From the NCBI GenBank assembly GCA_002269645.1, contig NIVC01003772.1, positions 67,627 through 131,626 on the forward strand: a stretch of 64,000 bases of DNA. The letters run 5' to 3'. The translations under genes and the position numbers were made by a program. The stretch comes from Macrostomum lignano. Lineage: Eukaryota. The notes under the pieces were generated by a model that had not been told where the DNA came from, searched no databases, and saw only the letters and a list, made by a program, of their open reading frames with translations. Shown here piece after piece: positions 13,204 through 25,000 of the stretch; position 1 is the stretch's first letter, and each line of letters starts with the position of its first letter.

Positions 13204-13830
13204 CAGGCCCAATCTAGCTCAGCCAACGAGAGAGCAGTAAGGAGAGAGGGTCAAAGTCAGACGGACGAAACTCAGCCTAGGGGGCAGGCCCAATCTGGCT
13301 CAGCCAATGAGAGAGCAGTAAGGAGAGATTGTCAAAGTCAGACTGACGAAACTCAGCCTAGGGGACAGGCCCAATCTGGCTCAGCCAACGAGAGAGCAGT
13401 AAGGAGAGAGGGTCAAAGTCAGACGGACGAAACTCAGCCTAGGGGGCAGGCCCAATCTAGCTCAGCCAGTGAGAGAGCAGTAAGGAGAGATTGTCAAAGT
13501 CAGACTGACGAAACTCAGCCTAGGGGACAGGCCCAATCTAGCTCAGCCAATGAGATAGCAGTAAGGAGAGAGGTTAAAGTCTGACGGATAAAATTCAGCC
13601 TAGGGGACAGGCCCAATCTAGCTCAGCCAATGAGATAGCAGTAAGGAGAGAGGGTCAAAGTCAGACGGACGAAACTCAGCCTAGGGGACAGGCCCAATCT
13701 AGCTCAGCCAATGAGATAGCAGTAAGGAGAGAGGGTCAAAGTCAGACGGACGAAACTCAGCCTAGGGGACAGGCCCAATCTGGCTCAGCCAATGGGATAG
13801 CAGTAAGGAGAGAAGTCAAAGCCAGACATA
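13204..13830. repeat. 81-bp tandem repeat, ~7.5 copies, downstream of SNRK
   Basis: caggcccaatc recurs at 13204, 13285, 13366 and onward. Confidence 0.9.
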
Positions 13831-15492
13831 AGCGGGCAAGAAGAAAGCCTAGCTTTATCGGCCTGGCTGGGGGCTGGGGCGCCAACCTTTTTCTTTCTTG
13901 CTCGCTAAGCACAGGCACTGGATTTGGGTGCAGCTTCAAACCTTGTGAAGATGTTATTTAACAGATTTACTTTTAGAAAGCCAGACAGAAGGCGATTGTT
14001 TCAGCTTTAAAAACTTAATGTAAGGTTTAATAGATTTTTAATTTTACTAAAACGAATTAAAAGCGCTAATTTTACTACTGAAAAAGAGTAGATAAGCGAA
14101 TTTTTTCGTGCGGCCTAACGAGTTATTCTAGTATCTGTGGCTGGCATCAGACTACATTAAAATCAACTAAAGCATATCTTAATATGTTGTAATAATACAG
14201 TAAATTAGCTTTAGTTTCATAAGTTTTATTATAAATGTCCCCTTTAATTTGTTGAATTTACACTTCAAAAAAATCTATTTAGTAGAGTTTAAAATCGACC
14301 CGGTAAGTCAATTGTGAAGAGACAATATTGCCTGTAGTAATTTTTGTTTTCTATTTAATCTCGTGTACAATTTTTATTAAAGAAAACGTTCATATTTATC
14401 AATATTGCTACTAACAGTAGTGCTACAATATGCAAATTTGTTTTTGTGCAGTTCAAGCCTCTGAGCTGAGTGTGCTCAGTCTGTGATTGTTAAATTTGAA
14501 ATTTATTAAATTCTAAAACCATAAAATTGCTTATTGATGCTTATAATTAACACTGTAAAGGTAAAGGCTCATATTAGTGAGCTCAAATTCTTTTTATTGA
14601 TTTATAAACTTTGTATATGTATATATTATTTACTTAGATAGATTGGCCATTTAGCTGTTGCTATAATTATTTGTAAATAATATTTATTTGCTCTCAGGGT
14701 TAACTCGGAGATTGTGGAAGAAGTTAACAGAAACTGACATATTTATATTCATATATATATATATATATTTGAGTAAACTGAATAAAAATTCAATAATAAT
14801 TATCATAAATATAGTTGATGTTCCTAAAGTTCCTGGACATTTTTTGACCAGCGCCTTGATAGTGCAGTTCCCTTTTTCGTGCTTTTCTCATGCAGAATTG
14901 TTATGCAAAGAAGAGAACTAAGAGTTTTCTCTCTGTCTTGAAAGAGTTTTGAAATTGTGTGCTTTTACACAAGACCGTCTCCACAATCGATGTTGGGTTC
15001 GCTATGCATGACTATATTTTTTCGGCACCTGCGCACTTACTCTACTCTCTTATAGTTGTCAACTATATGGATTTTGTAATATGCGTTTTTTGAGCTCAGT
15101 TGAGTAGTATATATTTTCACTACGCGCACACGTTTTTTAAAATGTAAAACTAAACCAACCTGTTTATGCAATTGCTGTTATTTCGATGCTCTGATGCAGA
15201 GATTGTAGTTATATTTTAGTATGTCATTCTTTGCAATTGTTTGTGTCTGTCTTTAGTTAACATTTGTCTTTTTCACTTATTTTAATATCTTATATTCGTT
15301 TTGTAAATTCTATTTTTTTAAAGTAGCCAATGACATTTTTTGGCTATGATCAAGTCGTTTGTTAATGCGAGTAAATATAACTGAATATTGTGCGTTTAGT
15401 GATTAAATATATATCAATATGCGATAATATATCATGCAGGTTAGCAGATTAAATCTATGTTTATTATTGCGATTATGTTTATTTTTACTGAA

Positions 15493-15895
15493 TGATCTAT
15501 AGGCAGGGGTAGCATTCTACCGAGTGATCTATAGGCAGGGGTAGCATTCTACCGAGTGATCTATAGGCAGGGGTAGCATCCTACTGAGTGATCTATAGGC
15601 AGGGGTAGCATCCTACTGAGTGATCTATAGGCAGGGGTAGCATCCTACTGAGTGGTCTATTGGTATGGGTAGCATCCTGCTGAGTGATCTATAGGCAGGG
15701 GTAGCATCCCGCTGAGTGATCTATAGGCAGGGGTAGCATCCCGCTGAGTGATCTATAGGCAGGGGTAGCATCCCGCTGAGTGATCTATAGGCAGGGGTAG
15801 CATCCCGCTGAGTGATCTATAGGCAGGGGTAGCATCCCGCTGAGTGATCTATAGGCAGGGGGTAGCATCCCGCTGAGTGATCTATAGGTAGGGTA
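15493..15895. repeat. 32-bp tandem repeat (tgatctataggcaggggtagcatcccgctgag)n upstream of GCN1
   Basis: About 12 units. Confidence 0.9.
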
Positions 15896-16078
15896 ACAGC
15901 CCCCTATTACGAAGTGAGTTTCGGCATGTATTTCTGCTAATTTTTACCTTCATGAGATACACAGCTACTGATTAGTGCACTCTGATTTTTTCAAAATTCC
16001 AAAGTCAATATTAGCCAATAAGTTGGCTTAGAAGTTGCTTGGTTCTGGTAGACATTATTATCAACACTGTCAGTGACT

Positions 16079-19000
16079 ATGGAAGAGGTCAAATCGTTTT
16101 TGACCAGCGTGAAGAGCAAAGGCGCCTCTGTGCAAACACGCGAAGTACTGGCGGTGTGCGAGGCTCTGACAGATAATTGTGAGTGTCTGAGAATCAGCGG
16201 ACTGTCTCTGAGACGATTTCTTTTGAGATGGGGCACTTTATAGTAAATTGGGAGGCTGCGGATTGTAAGGATCAGCAGCTGTGTTGTGTCAAGAATAGCA
16301 GGGATGTCAGGATATAGCTAAGCAGTGTTTGAATGACAGCGGGTGTTTCTCAGACAAGATAGAGAGGTGTCAGGAAAGACAGGAGGGGTGCCAGGGCAGA
16401 CAAAATGGGTGTCAGGAAAGACAAACGGGTGTCAGGAAAGACAAATGAGTGTCAGGAAAGACAAAATGGGTGTCAGGAAAGATAGAGGGGTGTCAGGAAA
16501 GACAAAAGAGTGTCAGGAAAGACAAAATGGGTGTCAGGAAAGACAAAATGGGTGTCAGGAAGGACAAAATGGGTGTCAGGAACGACAAAATGGGTGTCAG
16601 GAAAGACAAAATGGGTGTCAGGAAAGACAAAATGGATGTCAGGAAAGACAAAATGGGTGTCAGGAAAGACAAAATGGGTGTCAGGAAAGACAAAATGGGT
16701 GTCAGGAAAGACAGAGGGATCTCAGGAAAGATAAAGGGTGTCAGGAAAGACAAAATGGGTGTCAGGAAAGACAAAGGGGTATTAGAAAATTCAGGGGGTG
16801 TCAGAAGAGACAGCGAGGTGTCAGGTAAGACAACGGGGTGTCGGAAATATAGCAACGTGTCATGGAGGTGCGGGAGGTGTCAGGGAACTGAAAAAGCCAC
16901 TGAGTAAGTTTTAAACATTTAATATCTCTCACCGCTGTCAGGCATTCCTGATGCGGCTTTGAAGGCCTTCTTCAAGCACATCTCGCCGCTAAGCGCTCAC
17001 TATCCTAACGGCAGTCGGAGACGGGCCTCTCTGCTCAAGCTGTTTAGTCGGCTGCAGGCTACTCACCCAGCCGCTGTTGAGCACTGCAGAGTGTTCTGCT
17101 CGGATTTGGAGAGGTTCTATACGGGTCCGACGCCAAGGTATAGTGCTGTGTTACTAGGCTGTTATCGATCGGCTCTGATTTCAGGAAAGATATGATGACC
17201 CAAATGTACCAAGAATCGCCCCTAATATACAAAAATCGTCTTTAATATACCAACATCGCCCCTAATCTCAGGAATCGCCCCCCCCCCCTAATCTCAAGAA
17301 TCGCCCCCTAATCTCAAGAATCGCCCTTTAATCTCAAGAATCGCCCCCTAATCTCAAGAATCGCCCTTTAATCTCAAGAATCGCCCCCTAATCTCAAGAA
17401 TCGCTCCTAGTCTCAAGAATCGCCCTTTAATTGTAGGAATCGCCCCTTAATCTCAAGAATCGCCGACAATCTCAAGAATCGCTCCTAATCTCAAGAATCG
17501 CCCCTAATCTCAAGAATCTCCCCTAATCTCAAGAATCGCCCTTTATCTTAAGAATCGCCCCTAATCTCAAGAATCGCCCTCCTAATCTCAAGAATCGCCC
17601 CTAATCTCAAAAATCGCCCTCCTAATCTCAAGAATCGCCCCTAATCTCAAGAATCGCCCCTGATCTCAGAAATCGCCCCCTAATCTCGAGAATCGCCCCT
17701 AATCTCAGGAATCGCTCCCTAATCTCCTGCAGCCCGTCGCACCTGCGGGAAAGCGTATTCTCCCTGCACTGCCTGGCGTCAGCCCTGATTGCTGCCAGTC
17801 AACAGCAAGCGGTCACTATTGGCACAGTGCGGCAAGCACTGCTGTCCTTTGCCGCCCTATTGCAAGGCCACTATTTGGCTAAGCGGGCCAGCCTTCGAGT
17901 TGCTTTTCAACGAGTTGCTGCTCGACTGTTTCAGGTATTTGTATACGAGCTATAGGCTGAATAATAATAATGATGTAACCACGCTCTGGTCGCGGGATAG
18001 GGCATGGGAACTTTTTCGAAAGTGCCTCCTATCCCGTGCACCCTCTGCACAGAGCTGTCGAGACTCGGCCAGGTCTCCGACCAGGCCTGGAGACTCCCGC
18101 TCTGCTGCACCCCTCCTGCTGCCTTGGTTCCGTCTCCCCTGCCGCCACACCTGCCTTTCCGGAGCTCCCCACCCCTCTCTGTATCTCCCCCTCTACCCTA
18201 TCTCTTCTGTTTTTCGCCCTATTCTTCCTGTACTTTCCCTATCCCCCCTCTTTTCGTCTCCCTCTGCACTCTTTTCCTGCGCTGTCCCCCCTTTTCCTGT
18301 GTCTACTTACAGTATTTTGTGTGCTCACCGTCTCCCCATCCCCTCTCAAACTCCCAAACGGTGACGCAAGTCGTGTGACCCCTTCCCCCTCGGTGACTCA
18401 TCGATGACTCATCCCCCTCTCTTGCGCAATCTTTTCTCACGCCATTGTTCTCCTTCCCAAATTTCTCATGCGACACCCACCCCACCTCCGCTTCTATTGT
18501 TCTCGTTTTTGATTCTTTTGTTCTCTCGACCCCCACCAATTATCACATTTTCTCCGATTTTCTCTTTCTTTTGTTCTCGTTTTCGCACCTAATTATCACC
18601 TTTTCCCCAATGTTTACTTTTCCATTGTTCTCAGTTCTCCCCAATTATCCCCGATTTCCAATTCCTTTGTTCTCGACCCCAGCCCTATTGTTCTCAATGT
18701 TTGCTTGCGCAACACTTTCGTGACCACCCGCTGCGCCAATTATCCCCCTACCCCACCTCCGGATTGCGCAATTTCCCGATTTCTCATGTTGCTATGCCGG
18801 TCTCATGCTTCTCATCATGACTCATTCTGACGTCATTCTGCCGGCAGCCAATCAGAGAGAGGGAGCCATGGTAACGACCTTGAGGAGGCGGCTGTGAGGT
18901 CTATAAAAGGAAGCGATTTCGGCATGAGAATCCTCAGTCGCTTCCTCTCCTCGTCCTTCTTTGGACTTGCAGTCAGATTGAGTTCTGACCCATTCGTCTA

Positions 19001-22000
19001 TAAGACGAATCCCTGCCGGTCCGCGGTCTGTTACCGCCAAGTTATCCTTAGCTCCCCAAGTGAGCTCGCCTATCGGCCAGCGGTCTGATACCGCCCAGCA
19101 TCATCAGCATCGCCTGATCTACATCAGCGCCTCGTCGCTTCAGCGCATCGCCGCTTCACCGTCTGCCTGACTGCAGCCTACAGCCGCCCTCGGTCACTCC
19201 GCCTCTCTCTCTCTCTGTGCAGCTGCCGGTAAGTTCCTGTTACTAATTTGTGCTCTAATTACCTTTGCTTATCCGGGGTTTGCCTATTTTCCATTATCTG
19301 ATTAGAGAGCTGAGCCAATTGTGATACCGTAACTTATTGCTGTATTTTACTCAACAGTGAAGCCGCCTAATTGCCTGATTATTCGCCTAAGGGCCTAATT
19401 ATTAACTATTAACTAACCCCATCATTATTCACTCTTTCACCATCATTTCACTCATGGCTTGCTAAGCCTTTCTCCCGGGGTGGCGAAGCATAAGGAAGTT
19501 GGGTAAGCTAATGGCCTCTCCCCGTGCAAAGCCCGCCTGTGAGTGCGTGCTGCGGGGCCGCGTGTGCGTGCAGTAGAGGGATTAGCGAGTCTTGGCACAG
19601 AATGGCAGTAGGAAGGTTGCAACCCCATGCTGACGCGTCCCTTCGCCCTGAGCAATCTAAACTATAGACAGTACATGTTCGTCTCATACTACTCTTAGTA
19701 ATCAAAGTCGCAAGTTAGCCTCGCTCACAGCCACAAAGGATCCCCTGCTGAGAAATCCTCCAGATTGAGCCCAGAGTTCCCGATCATGCCCCAAGCAGAG
19801 TCCCTGTTCTCGGCTGCATGTGTCTCCCCTGTTAGCCTAAATCTCCTGGTAACCAATCCAGGCGGGGCTCTAGCCTCGAGAGGTCTGGTAGAAAGATCCA
19901 GGTGCGCCAGGTCACATAGAGTGGTGGCAGCCACTCGGTCATACGATGACCGAATGACCAACTATTGCACCTTGGCTACATGAGGGGTCCATGTGGGTCC
20001 TTGGCCCTCTGGTCACAAAGCGCTACCAAAGCTATCAATCATGTGGGCGGGACAGTCTGGTGCTGGAGGTCCGTCAGGCCATTGCCCGGTCATAGGCAGC
20101 CTACGGTCATTGCCCCCTCTAGTCATGCGTTCGTCTCTCTACGGAGTGGACAGGCGACAAGGGCGGTTACAACAATAACGGAATTGGATGTGTTGGAAAG
20201 ATATTGAAGTGTTAGGAAGCACAGACAGTAAGGGTGTCAGAATGACACAGTGGGGTGTCAGAATGACACAGTGGGGTGTCAGAAGGACACAGTGGGGTGT
20301 CAGAATGACACAGTGGGGTGTCAGAATGACACAGTGGGGTGTCAGAAGGACACAGTGGGGTGTCAGAATGACACAGTGGGGTGTCAGAAGGACACAGTGG
20401 GGTGTCAGAATGACACAGTGGGGTGTCAGAATGACACAGTGGGGTGTCAGAAGGACACAGTGGGGTGTCAGAAGGACACAGTGGGGTGTCAGAATGACAC
20501 AGTGGGGTGTCAGAAGGACACAGTGGGGTGTCAGAATGACACAGTGGGGTGGACACAGTGGGGTGTCAGAAGGACGCAGTGGGGTGTCAGAATGACAGAA
20601 TTGGTTGTCAGAATGACACAGTGGGGTGTCAGAATGACACAGTGGGGTGTCAGAATGACACAGTGGGGTGTCAGAATGACACAGTGGGGTGTCAGAATGA
20701 CACAGTGGGGTGTCAGAATGACACAGTGGGGTGTCAGAATGACACAGTGGGGTGTCAGAATGACACAGTGGGGTGTCAGAATGACACAGTGGGGTGTCAG
20801 AAGGACACAGTGGGTGTCAGAAGGACACAGTGGGGTGTCAGAATGACACAGTGGGGTGTCAGAATGACGGGGTGTCAGAATGACACAGTGGGGTGTCAGA
20901 AGGACACTGGGGACTGGGGTGTCAGAATGACACAGTGGGGTGGACACAGTGGGGTGTCAGAATGACACGGTGGGGTGTCAGAAGGACACAGTGGGGTGTC
21001 AGAAGGACACTGGGGACTGGGGTGTCAGAATGACACAGTGGGGTGGACACAGTGGGGTGTCAGAAGGACGCAGTGGGGTGTCAGAATGACACAGTGGGGT
21101 GTCAGAATGACACAGTGGGGTGTCAGAAGGACACAGTGGGGTGTCAGAATGACACAGTGGGGTGTCAGAATGACACAGTGGGGTGTCAGAATGACACAGT
21201 GGGGTGTCAGAAGGACGCAGTTGGGTGTCAGAATGACAGAATTGGTTGTCAGAATGACACAGTGGGGTGTCAGAATGACACAGTGGGGTGTCAGAATGAC
21301 ACAGTGGGGTGTCAGAAGGACACAGTGGGGTGTCAGAATGACACAGTGGGATGTCAGAATGACACAGTGGGGTGTCAGAATGACACAGTGGGGTGTCAGA
21401 ATCACACAGTGGGGTGTCAGAAGGACACAGTGGGGTGTCAGAAGGACACAGTGGGGTGTCAGAATGACACAGTGGGGTGTCAGAATGACACAGTGGGGTG
21501 TCAGAAGGACACAGTGGGGTGTCAGAATGACACAGTGGGGTGTCAGAAGGACACAGGGGTGTCAGAATGACACAGTGGGGTGTCAGAAGGACACAGTGGG
21601 GTGTCAGAAGGACACAGTGGGGTGTCAGAATGACACAGTGGGGTGTCAGAATGACACAGTGGGGTGTCAGAATGACACAGTGGGGTGTCAGAATGACACA
21701 GTGGGGTGTCAGAATGACACAGTGGGGTGTCAGAAGGACACAGTGGGGTGTCAGAATGACACAGTGGGGTGTCAGAATGACACAGTGGGGTGTCAGAATG
21801 ACACAGTGGGGTGTCAGAATGACACAGTGGGGTGTCAGAATGACACAGTGGGGTGTCAGAATGACACAGTGGGGTGTCAGAATGACACAGTGGGGTGTCA
21901 GAATGACACAGTGGGGTGTCAGAATGACACAGTGGGGTGTCAGAATGACACAGTGGGGTGTCAGAAGGACACAGTGGGGTGTCAGAATGACACAGTGGGG

Positions 22001-25000
22001 TGTCAGAATGACACAGTGGGGTGTCAGAATGACACAGTGGGGTGTCAGAAGGACACAGTGGGGTGTCAGAAGGACACTGGGGACTGGGGTGTCAGAATGA
22101 CACAGTGGGGTGGACACAGTGGGGTGTCAGAAGGACGCAGTGGGGTGTCAGAATGACACAGTGGGGTGTCAGAATGACACAGTGGGGTGTCAGAATGACA
22201 CAGTGGGGTGGACACAGTGGGGTGTCAGAATGACACAGTGGGGTGTCAGAATGACACAGTGGGGTGTCAGAATGACACAGTGGGGTGTCAGAATGACACA
22301 GTGGGGTGTCAGAATGACACAGTGGGGTGTCAGAATGACACAGTGGGGTGTCAGAATGACACAGTGGGGTGTCAGAATGACACAGTGGGATGTCAGAATG
22401 ACACAGTGGGGTGTCAAATGGACACAGTGGGGTGTCAGAATCACACAGTGGGGTGTCAGAAGGACACAGTGGGGTGTCAGAATGAAGGAGTCTGCGGAAT
22501 GGGCAGAATTGCCGTCAGCGCCCTGGGTTGTGGGACGATGTCGCTTTGTTAACACAGGCACCTGTGAATTGTGTTGCTAAAGTTTAGAAATCATATATTT
22601 TTCTAACTAAAAGCGTTTCACTTCCCTAAATACTTTTAGGTTCCTAAACTGCGAGCACTGTGCCTTGAATTCTCGACAGAACAAAGTCCTAATCCTGGAA
22701 TTATAGCATTTTGTTCTATGCTGGCTGGTTTCTTGTTCGATCGCGGATTAGCTAACGAAATTACAGACAAGGTGAGACTGTTCTGTATACAGGGGGCATT
22801 GTATTCTATCACACCAGTGATTTTGGTCTCTATCCCACCGGTGTATTGGTCTCTATCCCACCGGTGTATTGGTTTCTATCCCACTGGTATATTGGTCTCT
22901 ATCCCACCGGTGTATTGGTCTCTATCCCACCGGTGTATTGGTCTCTATCCCACCGGTATATTGGTATTTATCCCACCGGTGTATTGGTCTCTATCCCACC
23001 GGTGTATTGGTCTTTATCCCACTGGTGTATTGGTCTCTAATCCCACCGGTTACTTATTCCCATTTAATTTAATGCAAGTTCAACGATGCACCTATGCATC
23101 AAGATTACTGTTATTTAGTAAATAAATACAGTAATATTGTACATTACAATCCTTACTATTGCAGTCGGTTCTGCTAAAGCACTATCTGCAGACCTGTTTT
23201 GTTACCAAGGAGGCGGCCAGCCAATTGCAGTTGGACAGCAGCAAACGAATGGTCCAATTACTGGTTGATAGGAAACTGTTTTCTGATGAAGTCCTACCGC
23301 TCATTAAAAAAGCCGTGCTGCGTTCTCCAGAGGTAACGGGATTGTGTTTGAAGGCTTAAGATAGGGCTTAGACCTTAGTGTTGTGTTGGATATCTTTGTG
23401 TTATATCTGTGTCATGTATTGTCAACATTAGTAATGAGATTTCATTAGGATAATTAATGGGATTCTATTGGGATTTCATTGAAAAAATTATCTGGATTTC
23501 GTTGGGATAGTTATTGGGATTTCATTGAAAAAATTATCTGGATTTCGTTGGGATAGTTATTGGGATTTCATTGAAAAAATTATCTGGATTTCGTTGGGAT
23601 AGTTATTGGGATTTCATTGGGAAAAGTAATTATTGGGATATCATTGGGATAATTATTGGGAAAAGTAATTATTGGTATTTTATTGGGATAATTGTTGGGA
23701 TTTCATTGGGATAATTGTTGGGATTTCATTGGGATAATTATTGGGATTTCATTGGGATAAATATTGGGATTTCATTGGGATAATTATTGGGATTTCATTG
23801 GGATAAATATTGGGATTTCATTGGGATAATTATTGGGATTTCATTGGGATAAATATTGGGATTTCATTGGGATAAATATTGGGATTTCATTGGGATAAAT
23901 ATTGGGATTTCATTGGGATAATTATTGGGATTTCATTGGGATAAATATTGGGATTTCATTGGGATAATTATTGGGATTTCATTGGGATAAATATTGGGAT
24001 TTCATTGGGATAATTACTGGGATTTCATTTGGATAATTAGTGGGATTTCATTGGGATAATTATTGGGATTTCATTGGGATAATTATTGGGATTTCATTGG
24101 GATAATTATTGGGATTTCATTGGGTTAGTTATTCGGATTTCATTGGGATAATTATTAGGATTTCATTGGGATAGCTAGTGCAGATGCTCTCCATCAGCCC
24201 AAGCCCCATCGCCCAATCCCAGGTTGCCCTACCAACCGTGTCCAGCTGCCTGAGCAGTCTCAGCGTCGATCTCAGCCAGTACAGCGGCGACCTGCTCGAC
24301 ACGCTGAGCGGCCATCTGCGCGCCGAATCCGACGCTCTGAGGTCGGGCAGCGTTGACTGCGTCGGCTGCTTAGCCAAGCAAGTAACGACGGTCAAGCATT
24401 CGTCGAAGGTTTAACTCGCAGATTGTGCGGCCTGTTGCTAGGCAACGAGGCAAAGCTAACTAATCCCAAACATAAGCTGAGTCTGTTAGCGGCCTGTTCT
24501 CAACTGCCGGGTGCGGCGCCCACTGACTCTGCTAGGCGGAGCTGCTCAGCTATGCTGGGCAAAGCTTTGGTCAGCTTTCTGGGACAGGAGGGTGAGTGCT
24601 GTCCCGTCTTGTTGGTGCTTTGGTCTCTAACTGAGGATATCGTATCATTGGCGCCTCTCTGACATTTGATTAATTGATTGGCGCCTTGCTGACACTTGAT
24701 TGATTGATTGGCGCTTTCTGACACTTGACTAATTAATTGGCGCCTCTCTGACATTTAATTGATTGATTGGCGCCTTTCTGACACTTGATTGATTGGTTGG
24801 CGCCTCTCTGACATTTGATTGATTGATTGGCGCCGTTCTGACACTTGATTGATTGATTGGCGCCTTGCTAACACTTGATTGATTTATTGGCGCCTTTCTG
24901 ACACTTGATTGATTGATTGGCGCTGTTCTGACACATGATTGATTGATTGGCGCCGTTCTGACACTTGATTGATTGATTGGCGCCTTGCTGACACTTGGTT

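Noticed and set aside
20188-22580. Long ORFs of WGVRMTQ/CQNDTVG repeats
   Set aside because: Translations of a stop-free 21-bp minisatellite inside GCN1 intron 3; open in several frames on both strands
24382-24421. 40-nt GT-AG mini-intron rescuing the GCN1 frameshift
   Set aside because: Removing it leaves the wrong frame (stop after 13 codons) and deletes sequence that aligns with the homologue
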